From positions 15,810,001 to 15,874,000 of the forward strand of contig CP075492.1 of NCBI GenBank assembly GCA_021613535.1: DNA of 64,000 nucleotides. The letters run 5' to 3'. The translations under genes and the position numbers were made by a program. Shown piece after piece: positions 1-13,499 of this stretch (position 1 is its first letter; each line of letters starts with the position of its first letter). The stretch is from Adineta vaga (taxonomy: Eukaryota; Animalia; Rotifera). Below the pieces are notes generated by a model that had not been told where the DNA came from, did no database searches, and was given only the letters and a program-made list of their open reading frames with translations.

Positions 1-3000
1 TCAAGAATTGGTATTTTCTATGGAACCAGAATATCATCAAGTCTGTTCAAGTCAATTCATTTCTTCAGATTGGATTAAAATCAAATTTATTAAATCTTCG
101 AAAATAAGATTAATAACATATGATATACGTTATCAATGGGAATTTTATTTTCAACTTCTTTCAACCTTATGTCAAATGGCTAATCAAACAATTGAAGATT
201 CACTTCAATCATTCTATCGAACGAAATGTATTAGTAACGAACTCTTTACTCCTCAATCTTTTCAAACACAAATCGATTTATTAATCGAAGAATTCAAACG
301 AACATTACCAGAATCCTATCAACGAACAATTCAACTTATTAGAACTAATTTTGAAATTAATCAATTTATTACACCAATGAATTCATACTTCACTAGTAGT
401 GAGTATGATGAGAAAATCCGATCAATTCAGATGTCTCATTTTATATATATAAGTTTAGATAACGAGATTTGTCAAACGTCAGATGACATTTATCCCAATA
501 GTTGCTATTGTTTTTCTGAAGCATCTTATGAATGTTATCAATACATAAAATTAAAAGACATTCATTCGACTTTTATTATTCCAGAAATGTATCAAACTTG
601 GTTTCCTCTTCAAGCATTTCTTATGTCAACATTAGAATGTTTTTATAATCAAACATGTCTTTCTCATATTGTACAATATATGAATTTATCACAATCATCT
701 ACTAATTTAACTATACTTAATTCTTCATTATTAAAATCAAATAAAGAACAATATGATCGACTAGAAATCTTAGTCAATAATCTTTTTCTTCAATCATATT
801 TTAATTAATGTTATCCAAGAATATGTCAATATTCGTATGAAAGTCGTGTCAATCTGATTTATATTATAACCACAACAATTGGAGGAATTCATATTGTTTT
901 ACGTTTATTTTTACCATTTATTCTAAAATTATTTATGAAATTCGGAAAGTATTTAGCTGAACGTCAACGAAATAATTTGCTTAGAAACAATGAAATACGT
1001 AAGAAAAAAGTTTTCTTACGACTTTTCGATCATCTTTATAAAATTTTCGTTTATGGTAAACAACGATTAATAACATTAAATCTTTATCTCACAATTCCAT
1101 TGACTATTAATCGAAAAATTCTTCGTCGAAATCGTCGTTCAACTCGAATATATTTAATTTTATTATTTACCGCTTTTTCTTTTCTCATTGTTTATACATT
1201 ATTAAAACAAGAAACAAACATAGTTATTATTGAATCTCCATCACTTGTCAAATATCGACAATTATTAACTCAAAATTCTTTAACACTTCAATGTCCTTGT
1301 AGAAATATTGCCATTAAATATTCAAAATTCATAACTCAAATTCAACCTGAATATCATGAAGTTTGTTCAAGTATTTTCATTTCTCTTCGTTGGATTGAAA
1401 GTATAAGTAAATCATATTTTTTTGCTGGGACAACAATTGAATTCGGTATAATTACAAATGAACTTACCAAACAATTCAGAACATTGTCAACACTTTGTCA
1501 AATATCTGAAAAAATGTTAAATACATCGTTATCAATCTTTCATCAATCAGATTTTCTTAGTGCATATGTCATATCTGAACATGAATTTTCCACTCGAATT
1601 GAACTATTAATTGAACAATTCAAAAGCAAAGTATTCAGTCAATTTACCGAAACATTTCAATTAATTCAATTAATTAATCATGCAAATGAATTCGCAACAG
1701 TATATTTTACAAATTGGTTATTTGTACCAAAATATCAAGATGTTTTTCAACCATTCAAAGATATACCAATACATGCTTTAACTGAACCACGAATATATAG
1801 TACTGAAAATAAATGTTCATGTGGTATTCAATCAAATTGTTCGAAATTATCGGATTCGAAATTTTCAGCGTGAAATAATTCATTTTATGAAACACTTCCT
1901 GGTTTTCGTGTTGGATGTTGGGCTTTTGATTCGTTTCTTCAATCAGATCTAACGTGTCTTTATAATAAAACATGTGTCAGTTTGATGCAAGCATCATTTT
2001 ACTATGTAAAACCGATTATAGCTGATATTCTTACTTCATCCATATCAAATGAAACTATTGAAACACTTCTTAATCGATTCTTTGTTTCCAAATGGTTACA
2101 TCATATCTCATTTGATTTCTATTATGAAAATTGTGCACCGGAATTGTGTCAATATTCACATATTGTAGAATATAATACAATTTATATGTTGACAACGTTA
2201 ATAGCTGCTTTTGGTGGGTTAACAAATGGACTTCATTTTCTGGTCAAATGTTGTGCAGCGATATTTTACAAAATTCTCGATTATCGAAAGAAGAAAAGAA
2301 GTCAAGTTCGTCCACAAGCAAAGCACACAAAAAGAAAGATAATCGAACAAAATCCGAATTCGATCAGCACGTTATCATCGGATATGAATCCTGAAGAAGA
2401 ACACCAAAGATCACCGTGAGTACAGTTATCAGCTCATAAATTTTTTCTATTTTGGAATTTTTTCATTATAGAGTAGAAATTCATCGAGATCGATTATTAT
2501 TAATTTGGTTTATTTTTCTCGCGATCATCGCAATAGTAACAGCATCTGTTATCTTCGCCACATATCGAAAGAAAAAAGAAGAAATAATTCTATCAACCAG
2601 TTTTCCCACGACTACAAACAGAGAATATCTCGTCAGTGAATTGACATCATTATTACCAAGTAAATAGAATAGAATATGATCAATGAGAATTGATGATTAG
2701 ATTTCTATTATATAGATAAATGTCATATGACATTGAAAAATTCTTCACAAATGTATTCGACTGATCTTAATCCAGAATCTTTAGCGACTGATGATTTCAA
2801 TAACGATTCATTTGTTGATTTAGTTATAACAAATGCGATATCCAATACATGGACGATCATGCTAGGAAATGGAAATGGAACATTTGTTAGAAAAGAAAAT
2901 TTACATACCGGTAATAGATCCAGTCCATGTGAAACTCTCGTGATAGATTTCAATAATGATAACATATTGGATTTAGGTAAATGGATATTTCTTACAGATT

Positions 3001-3920
3001 AAATAATTACATTGTCTCTTTTAGTTGTAATTTTATCAGGAACAAAGAAAGTCGTCATAGTTTTTGGTATTCAAAGTAGAAATCTATTCGCTTCAACACC
3101 TACTATTCTTCCTCGATTACAACATGGACATATACCAAAGACGATGACTGCTACTGATTTAAATAGCGATGGATGGATCGATTTGATTCTTGTTTACATT
3201 ATGAATGAAGCATCACAAACAAACCTAATAACGATATTTTTAAATGTTGATGGCACAGGACACTGTAAAATTCTAACAGAAGATTCTGAGTTAGTAAATG
3301 AGCATATTTCATTGATTGTGGGTGATTTTAATGAAGATGGAAAACCGATCGATTTTGGCTTACTCGATAGTTCCGGCAGTATGAAAACTTATATTTTTCA
3401 GCGTTACTCTGAAATGGGACGTTATTTGCGTAGTGAAGCGAATATCAATGAAACTGAGTTTGGATATCCGTCAGAAATAGTTAAGGGAAAATTTAATTAC
3501 GATGGATATGATGATTTCGCATATGTTGTTCCACAATCAAATATTTTACATATTTCTCTTAATTACAAATCTATTGACAAGGAAACAGACTACCATCAGA
3601 TATTATATATGACATATAATTATCCGACATCACTTGCCGTAATCAATTTCAATAATGATGAAATTAATGATTTAGCAATATTACATTGTAATGGAATTAT
3701 AACTGTATTTATTGGAACAGATATTGGACTTTTTAATCGACATTATTTATCATTTCTACCGGATATGATCAGTACTAGTATGCATGAAACATGTTATCAT
3801 TCATTGCATGTCATTGATCTGAATGATGATCAAAGAGATGATTTGATTTTTATTGATAATCAAATGAATAACATTCGAGTCATTTTAGCTTCTCCTTGTC
3901 ATCTATATAATATCGTTTAA
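1..3920 (+). pseudogene. Multi-module membrane protein (tandem TM/Cys-rich ectodomain/TM units) with C-terminal FG-GAP/VCBS repeats; 5' truncated by the window; two in-frame stops
   Basis: ORFs 8-808, 935-1873 and 1982-2419 share one frame, and the gaps translate into conserved module motifs (CYPRICQYSY; LPGFRVGCWAFDSFLQSDLTCLY). Stops are TAA 806-808 and TGA 1871-1873. Spliced exons then give a TM segment (~2490-2560) and DFNND/DLNSDG FG-GAP repeats (2727-3920). Paralog at 52068-59639. Confidence 0.8.
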
Positions 3921-3946
3921 AATAGTTTCTTTTTCAACAGTATACA

Positions 3947-5742
3947 TCATATTGTTACTTTTGATAAACTTGCCGAATGATCACTAATGATAGAAATTGA
4001 AAATGATCCCGTCACATTGACTTGCTCAGTCGTAATTACTAAAATATAATCAATTGTTGAGAATAATAACTCTTTAAACATAAATCGATAGCCACTAGCA
4101 GCTAAAGCATCGTTTTCTAACAGATTTTCTCCAGGAAATTGAGAATCAAAAGTAGCATTATATAAATATCCATGTGTCGTCATAGTACTATTACAATAAA
4201 TAGCATAATATCCAGTTGTTGACACGTTCATTTGAATGTCTTCAAAGTAATAGACTGATTCAGGACATGGATCTTCTCGACAATATGATTCACTCTTGAT
4301 AGATAAAATTGATGCGTATTGTGCTTGTGGTATACTTGCAGCACTTAAATGTTCTATGGAAGGGGAAAAAGAAAATGAAACATCAGCAGTTACTTTCACA
4401 ACATTTTTTGTTTGTAAATATCTACCTGTAACATTGAATGGACTTAAATTTATGTGTCCAGAGCCAGTTATATTGATTGAAAATGAGCCGAGTTTTATAT
4501 CGTCCCACTGCTGGATGACTAGAACATATGTCGTCATGGCATTTAGCGTATGCCATATGTTATCGTCGAGAATAGTCTAGTGAAATGATAAATATAATTA
4601 TGTGCAGTAAAAACACTGCAAATGTTGATAAACATTTCTTTTTACCTCCTCTTGATTCATGAATCGAAAGAAAGGTCTAAATTGCTCAAAATACAGTTCA
4701 CCAAAACACTGGAAAGTACGATACAGTGAGATTTTATAATCTTCAGTTACTGATACATTGATTTGGAAAGCCTCATAATAGTAGTTGGATGCAATATCCG
4801 AACAAGGATCCCAAAGACAATTCATTGGACTTTGCAATGTGAATGCTGATTGTTGATATGCATGATTGTTCCGATGATTATCTATTGAAAAGAACAGTGC
4901 AGAAAATTATTCAATAACATTCATATCTTACTTGATATCTTTCCTGAAGTAAAATGAATCAGATCTGGACCAGTTGTATTAACTAATATTTTTATGTTGT
5001 CTTTGGAATTTGATTGTGTGAGTACCAAAACATATTTTGTCATTGTATATATCATAAGTTTTATTCTCTTGCCCCAAAAAGCTGTGGTATCTCGATTGTC
5101 GAACATTAAGTTAGTATATTTAAGAGCTGGATGAAAACTGGTATTGTAGAAAAAAACGTCTATAAAAAAAATAGGTTCGATAGTAAAATTGTAATATGAA
5201 CTTGTTGACACATTAAATTCTAATGCTTCGTAGTAATCATAACCATTACCACACAGACGTTCGGAATAATATCTGTTGCTTTTCTTGTTTATTTCAGACG
5301 AATAATATGATGTTTTGTCATTTGAAAGAGCTGAAACAAATTCATATATCTCGTTTGTATATATCAGTTTCCAGTCTTACTTGTTTTCAATTCAGTAGAT
5401 GTACTAGGACTAGTTGTTGTTGTTATTGTTGTTGTAAACGTAATATTTGTTGAACTATCTATGAAATACAATGAATAATGAGGATATATTTATATAATTT
5501 CAATTCTTACTAATTGTTGTTTGTGGAATAGTTGACCTTTCTGTACTAATGATTGTTGTCGTTGTTTCATCTAAGCATAGAAAGATTTTTTTATTCTTAA
5601 GAAACAAAACAAATTTTATCAGACTTTTTATTTGACTTCGATTCTTCTTCGTTTGAACAGAGAGAACAGATGGTACTGTAATAATTGTCACCACTACTGC
5701 AATGATTATGAACACAAGAACAAATTTGAGAAGAGGATTCAT
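3947..5742 (-). CDS. Multi-exon N-terminally anchored (type II) protein with Thr-rich stalk and 3-4 tandem beta-sandwich repeats (YYEAxxxNVSxxGYY...YVLVxT), PPC-like
   Basis: Hydrophobic N-terminus (5500-5742 ORF) and repeated YYEA/YFED-x-x-NVS motifs in ORFs 4921-5211, 4598-4837 and 3947-4537, joined by GT-AG introns. Confidence 0.65.
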
Positions 5743-6253
5743 TGTTAATGTTAAATATGGGTTTTATTCTAAATATAAAAATAGTCATCATATATGTCAT
5801 AAAACCATTCAATTAGATGATACTCTGATATCTTACGTATGTCTTCACAGCATTCAAGAAACTTTCAAAATATGATTATCTATAGTCATAAAAGTAACTT
5901 GAGTTATTTCTTACTTTTCCTATTATTTTAAATCTATGAATGATAGGGAGAGAAAATAATATTGCTTTCTGACATGTTATTTATATGATCAATCAAATAT
6001 AATTAAGCTCTTTTTTATTTAACAAAATACTAAATATGAATTTCAAGAAAAATAGTTTAGTTCAACTAGAATTTGATATATATGATGTATTTGATCAATG
6101 AAAGTCGTCAGCGAGTTTTTAAAATAATACATAAAGAGATGACATGTTTTCCTTTTTTATCAAAACATAATTGATTATATCTTGAATATGATGTCGTCAT
6201 TTAATTCCAAAAATAGATCTATTACGAAGTAATATACCCTCGTACTGACAGAA

Positions 6254-6528
6254 ATATTCTTTCTACGTCATTTTGACTGTATATGTATATGTTTTGTCGA
6301 TTGAGTCAATTCTATTCACTATTCTATCAAATTGTTAAAAATTATTACGTAAAACAAAAAAAAACAATGACAAGGAAAAAGATTAATCTAATCATCTTGT
6401 TGAGGTTTAATTGATTTAAATGCTGATTGAGGATGAGGATTTACTTGAATTCGAACAGGATTCCCCTCTCTTTTGATATTTTCATCCATTTATTGATGAG
6501 ACTTTGTTAACGGTTGAATTTTTTTCTT
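6254..6528 (-). repeat. Partial, internally deleted duplicate of the 3' end of the CCDC171-like gene
   Basis: 6254-6461 aligns with 8708-8912 (last coding bases, stop and 3' UTR); 6467-6528 aligns with ~9404-9463. Confidence 0.9.
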
Positions 6529-6734
6529 AACAGTGTGTGTGACATGTAACATGTTTTTCCACTACTATTCTCCTTAATAAAGTCATAGGTACTTAACGTC
6601 TTTCACTCAATTTTATGCTTCGTCATGTTTTGTATCATGATTGCTGCATACATTTATAATCCACTTATACCGTAGCTTTATATCTCAACAACAAACATCT
6701 TATGTTACATTCATCTTAAAATCCTTCGTTCTGC

Positions 6735-6757
6735 CTCTCTCTCTCTCTCTCTCTCTC
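6735..6757. repeat. (CT)n microsatellite
   Basis: About 11 CT units upstream of the dehydrogenase gene. Confidence 0.9.
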
Positions 6758-6909
6758 ATCGGTATCAATTACAACAAACTTTTCGAGAGGCGAACATAAT
6801 CCTCGATCAAAATATTGACTCGCGCACAATAAATATTTATGATTTTAAAAAGAAACAATTGCCTATTTAAATCGTCGTATCAATACTCAGATTTCAGATC
6901 GTTGGTAAC

Positions 6910-8516
6910 ATGTTAATCCCGATTATTCTTCTCGTTTTCGTTTGTGAATCAATAGGTCAAATTATTCCTGTCAAACCATTTATACCTAAACCGATTCGTA
7001 TCACAGTGGATGACTTACCACCTCCATTCAATACCTCATCTGCTTCCAAACCAGCTATTGTTGTACCGGTACCGTCGGATGCCACTCTTTTTGTACCCGA
7101 TGGTAATTATCGAGTAAGTGTTTATCTCGATGGCTTACAAGCGCCTCGACAAATGATCTATACACCTACGGGCGACATCCTTGTTACAGAAAGTTCGGGC
7201 AATCGCATTTCTATCTTGACGGGCAATATCAAGGCGGTATTTGGTGATATAACTAATGGCATTAGTCAGGTTTTCGGCATGGCTTTTTATAAGGTTCATT
7301 TTCATGAAAAACGCATGTCTCTGAGTAAAATATTAATGTTGCATTTTTTAGAACTGGTTCTATGTTGCCAGTGCAAGTAACCTTCGTCGATTTATCTACA
7401 CTCCTGGCGACCGAAAACTACATGGAACAGGAACGATCCTAATGTCGTATCCAGGATCTGGACATTGGACACGAAATTTAGTACTTGCACCTAGTGGTGA
7501 TCGTCTCTTCGTATCGGTCGGTTCAGCTAGTAATGTGAATATTGAATATTCTCCGCGAGCATCTGTACAAGTAGCTCAAATGAATGGCTCGAACGCAGAA
7601 ACATTTAGTCATGGACTACGCAATCCAGTGGGCATGGATTTTCATCCGATAACTGAGGATCTCTACGTAGTTGTACAAGAACGAGATGCAATTGGAGATG
7701 ATCTTGTGCCAGACTATTTCACTCGAATTGCAAAAGACCAGTTCTACGGATGGCCATTTGGTGAGTTTTTAGTATGCGGGTCAGTGGGGAACTAGCGGCC
7801 TCAATCAGAACCTTGAACATGCTTCTATTAAATGTACAAATACTTATTGTCTTGAAATAACAACTCCAACTGGAGTAGATTTTCTCTGGCCAGTGCCCAA
7901 AGACTGTTGCGACAAAACTATCTTTGATTGAATAGGAAAAATAGGGTTCTCTCCGTGAGAACGTGCGTTTACATCTTTACAGATACTGAGTATGTCTCTG
8001 CAATGAACCTTCATATGTTCCATTAGAGCAGTCAACCTCTTAACTTTACATTCCTACAAAGTCTTTCTTTCATTTACTTGTTTAGCATACCTCTCATCGA
8101 AGAATGTTGATCCTCGCCGTCGCTACGCAAATGGCTCTAGTGAACGACCAGATCTTGTTGCAATTACGCGCACACCTGATGTTCTCTTTCAAGCACATTC
8201 TGCGGCACTCGACATGCGATTCTATCGTGGTCAACACTTTCCCATTCACTATCGCAATGGAGCGTTTGTTGCTCTACACGGCTCTTGGAATCGGCAGTCG
8301 GGAACAGGCTACAAAGTAGTCTTCGTACCATTCGGAAATGATAATCGGCCTTTAGGATACTATGAAGATTTTCTGTACGGATTCTTAGTTGATCCAACAG
8401 GACCTCGAACATTCGGTCGACCAGTTGGTATACTTGAAATGAAGGACGGCAGTTTGTTGGTTAGCGATGATGGCAATGGACGTCTCTATCGTATTGAATA
8501 TACAAATGGTAAATGA
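6910..8516 (+). CDS. Secreted PQQ-dependent sugar (glucose/L-sorbosone) dehydrogenase-like beta-propeller, bacterial type
   Basis: Exons 6910-7293, 7352-7760 and 8086-8516 splice in frame. Signal peptide; motifs HWTRN, VSVGSASN, GLRNPVG, ERDxIGDDLVPDY, YGWP, HGSWNR, GRPVG, VSDD. Confidence 0.9.
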
Positions 8517-8838
8517 ACACACTAGACGCCAGCTACTATAACATATTAATTCACAAAACGCTATGATTTTCATTGATTCTTATTCATGCTTTCATTTTAC
8601 TTGCATTCGAAATGCAGACAAAAAATTCTTTATATACCGTTCTATTAGAAATAAAATTTATGCCACAGTTTCCATAAGATTTTAGTTGGGTTCAGAATGA
8701 GTGTGATATATTCTTTCCAAGTCATTTTGACTGTATGTGTGTGTTTTGTAGATTGAGTCAATTCTATTCACTATTTTATCAAATTGTTAAAAACTGTTAC
8801 ATAAAACAAAAAAAACAATGAGAAGCAAAAAGATTGAT

Positions 8839-11800
8839 CTAATCATCTTGTTGAGGTTTAATTGGTTTAAATGCTGATTGAGGATGAGGATTTACTTGAA
8901 TTCGAACAGGATGTGCTTGAACAATAATTGTTTGTGATGAATCATGTTGAGATATTTCTTCTGTTGATGTCTGTCGAAATTGATCTGTTAACATCTGACA
9001 ATGTTGTTTTAATGATTCAATATCTTTTGTATTTGTATTCAATAGATCTTTCAAACGATTTAATAAATGAACAAATCCTGTTGCCATTGTCTTTTGAAAA
9101 TAAAAAGAATAAAAATAAGATTAAATGAAACGTTATTATTCACAACATACTTGACATAAAATCATTTCAGGTGGAGATTTTTTTTGATCGTAATTTGCTG
9201 GAAGTTGAACAAATTCATCTAATTGAGTTAAAAGTTGTTGAAGATGATCGAATCCTCGTCGTTCACCAACATTTAATAGAGAATTAATTCGAGTACAAAA
9301 TGCTGAGATCACTTCTTTATCACTTAAAGAAAAGATTTCTTTACAAGCAAAATATAGAAGATAAAAGTATCTTACTTAACAACAAGACGAATAGCCTTTT
9401 CAGCTCTTTTAACATTTTCATCCATTTGTTGATGAGATTTCGTTAATTGTTGAATCTTTTCTTTGGAATAATTTTCATTTTGTTTCGTTTGATTAAATTT
9501 CTCTTGAATCATCTCCTTTTCATTTTGTGTTTGCTGAATAATATCAGCTAAAGATTTCAGCTGATTATTTTGTTCATTTAATAAATCTTGTGCTTGTTTT
9601 TCACGATCTAATGCTCGTTGTAATTCATCACAAATACGTTCGAATTGATAATAATCAATACGAGATTCAATTTCATTTTGATAATTTTCTAATGTTTTCT
9701 CTAATTGTGAACATTCATTTACTTTTTCATTTAGTTTTAATTCTAATATATATAAAGATGAATTTTATATTTATAGAAAGGTAATTTACGAGATATTTAC
9801 CTGATTTATCAACACGAACAATTAAAGAATGAATCAGATCTTTTGTCTAAAAGAAAATATTGAAAATGAAAATTTTTTTTATACGAAATAGGAGTGAAAC
9901 AAACTTTTGTCAATGATGATTTGGGCAGACCATTGGCAATCGTTTTGACTAATGATCTGAATAAGAAAAAAACGACATTTTTAATTTAAAAGAAAGGAAA
10001 TGATTACCCTTTTTGTAATGGTGAATGAAATCGATTTAATTGAATGAGTAAAGATTGAAATAATTGATCGAAATTAAGATTATCAAAAAAACTTTTTTTC
10101 TGATAATTTGAAAGAATATTTTTCTCATAGAAAATATTTGATGATGAAGAAAGAATTTGAAATGACGAATGTTTTTTCAATGAAATAAATCTTCGAAAAG
10201 CAATAATTGAAATGACATAAATTCGAAAACGATTTTTTGATAAATAATTCGAATTTAATATTTGTTTGATTTGATTAAATCGTAAATATTCTTGTTTAAT
10301 AAGACGATTTACTTCAATTAATTGTAAATATCTTTGATAAATTGGAATCCAAAGTGAAATAAGATGTTTAATTATCAAATCACATTTTTCTAATTGATCA
10401 AATGAATCAGTTTTCGATTTCTTTTCATTGACGAATCGTTGTTCACTTTCTTTTAGATGAATTTCCATTTTCTAAACGAAGAAATATTTCAAAATGAAAA
10501 AAAACAAAACGATTATAAACCAACTTGTAATTGATTATTTAATGTTTGAATATCATTTTGATGTCTTAATAATAATTGTTCTTTTTGTGTTAAAAACATT
10601 TGATGTTTTTGATCAAAATCATTTTTCATTAAGAAAATTTGTTCTTGTAGTTTTTGTGTGATTTGTAAAATACCTTGATCTTTTTCAATTAATTTTTCTT
10701 CTAATGAATTGCATTTAATTAAGATCTTTTCAAATTCTTTTTCTAATTCATTAAAATTATTTTCAAGATTTGAAGATTTTTTGCCTAAGAAAGTTTTTAA
10801 TTTTAATTCAATAGAATTGATAATAGAAGATTTCTTTTCTAATTCTTTTAATAATTGTTCACGATCACGTTTTAAACGTAATAAAGTTTCTTCATAAGTA
10901 AAACTCTTCTCACGACAATCATCAAGTTCAATTTGTAAACGTTCTCGTGAAATTTCGGTTTCATGTTCAACTTGTTTTTGTGTTAATGTCGATTTATTTA
11001 ATCGTTCAATTGTCTTTTTTAAACGATTAATCTAGAAAAAAAAACATTCGAATCAAAATCCGTTGTGTTAGAGAAAAGTCAACAAACTTCATTTGTTTGA
11101 TCGATCTTTGATGTTTTTAATTGTTCAATATGAAGTTTAAGTTCTTCTAATTGTTTTGATGTTGGTAAATTTAAATCTGTTTGATAAGTTTCATTAACAA
11201 TTCGTGTTAAACGAAGAAGTTCAAATGTTTTATTAACTAATTGTGAATATTTATCTTCATTATTTCGAAATTTTCTTCGATACTAAAATATAAAAAAAAC
11301 TGAATGATTCAAAGAAGAAGAAGAAAAAGACGAAATACATTAGCTAATTCTTCTCGGCAACTTTTCAATTGTTTATCATATTCAATTGTTGATTTTTGTG
11401 TTTCTGCACATTTCATTTCTAATTCTGATTGAACTTTCGTAAGTGTTGTTCGAAGAAGTTTTTCATTCGATGTTTGTTTTTGAAGTTCATCAATTTTTCT
11501 TTCTTGATTTTTACATGTATTTTTTAAACCATCACATATTCCTTCTAAATCCGATAAACGAGTCTAAAACGAAATTTTCATTTCAAATAAATAATTCAAT
11601 TCAAAACAAACAGTTAATAATTGAACATTAAGTTTAGCTTCATTAGAAATTTGTCGTTCTTGTTCAAGTGCTTGTTCACTATATTGAAATTTGATTTGAA
11701 CAACCTGAAAATATTCAATAGGATTTTATTTTGAAAAATCAATAATTCGAACCTCATATTCTTTTTTCAATTCACTTTCACGTTCTTTGGCTAAAATTGA

Positions 11801-12645
11801 TTGAGCTAAATTTTTTCGTGATAATGTTTCTGAATCAGTAAAAGTTCCTGAACAAAGAAAGATTCTTATCCAATGAAAATAACTCATAAATAACTTACTT
11901 TCCATCTTTTGTATTTGTTCATTTAAAGCTTCAATTCGTCTAAATAAAACAGAATTTATCTATGGGAAATTTATATGAAAATAGATTCAAACCTTTCTCG
12001 ATCATGTAATGTCTCTGTTTCATTTTCTAATTCTTTGATTTTTTGTTCCTTGAAATAAAATTTCAATTTAAAAAATAAATCAAATTTTGAATAGAAAATT
12101 ACTTTTTCTTTTAATTCTTCTTTTTGTTGATTAGAATCGTTTAATTGTGATTGATACTGTTTGATTTGTTCTTAAAAAGAAGAAAAATAACAAAAGTCAA
12201 TTGAAGATAAAAATAAAAACCATTCGCTTGATTGAATTGATTTTGTAGTTGATGTGTAAATGCTGTTTGTTTACCATGTTGTGCTCTAAGAAGTGTTAAT
12301 TCATATTCTAATGTTTGTCTTAACATTTCACTTTTTTCTAATTCAGATCTTAATCTTGCTAATTGACTTTGAACATTAATTAACTTAAAAAGAAATTTTT
12401 CATTAATAATAAAAAGAAATTTCAATTCAAACTTCTCGATTATTTGTTGTTATTTGATTTAATTGATCTCCTTGCAAATCTAACGTTCGACGTAAACTTT
12501 CAACAGGAGTTTTATTCTCATTTTCTTCGTTCATCGACAATTCACCAAGAAATGAATCGGATTCAAACTGAAATTTTTCTTTTCATATTTTTACATTTTA
12601 ATTCAATTAAGATCAACTTACATCACTTGTTAATGTAACCATCAT
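8839..12645 (-). CDS. CCDC171: Coiled-coil domain-containing protein 171-like (multi-exon)
   Basis: QLARLRSELEKSEMLRQTLEYEL and RFRxxVISIIAFRR resemble conserved CCDC171 blocks as I recall them. Long heptad-rich exons with many ~50-60 nt introns; start codon approximate. Confidence 0.7.
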
Positions 12646-13499
12646 TTCGTTCAAATGAATTCTTGATAGAAAAAAAGAATTCAAACCATTTTTAAGTCAT
12701 GAGACATTGTCCTAGAAACAATCGAATAAGCCTCTTTAACATTTTCAAGCGACATCTATTGAATAGATGATATTCTTATGGGACATTGGATAGAATAAGA
12801 ATTAATTCTTTTTTTTTCATAAGAAAATTTATTATTCTTCTGAAGTTATCGCAATTATGACATAGATAGATTTATAAAGTTAAAAAATAAATATTTAATC
12901 GTGATTATAATTTATAATTTCAGGAATAATCTTTTCTAATCTTACAAATGAAAGTTTACAATATTTTTTATAATATAAATGAAAAATTTAGTGCGATATT
13001 TCTAATATTAAATTCACATGGTTCGATGGAATATCGTTGTTCAAATTATCACAATCATTTCTATTAGAAATATCTAATTTAATGAACTTTTTTTTACAAT
13101 AATCAATATAGTCGTTTGGTTTTTAAAATATAATACTAATGCATCATTAATGAATCAACGTTTAATACTTGATTTAACACTTTTTGAAGTAATGATGATA
13201 AAATCTAAGTCTATTTTCAAGCGTATTAAAATATTTTATATGTTCTGTGTTGAAAAAAGCTTTCACATCAACGTATGGTCGTTCGTTGGCCTCTCTTCGA
13301 GCGACCACTTTCAATCGTGGCCACGTTTATCTTTATTATATCATTCACTAATATTTCAGTTTTAAAACGAACATCAGGTGGCATATTATTTGGGATGTGG
13401 AAAACTAGTATTCATTCTATTTCTTCTTTTATTTCCTTCGCTTTCATGCCTTGTGCTTTTCGATTGCTCATCATCTCTCATTTGAGAAACATTTTCCTC

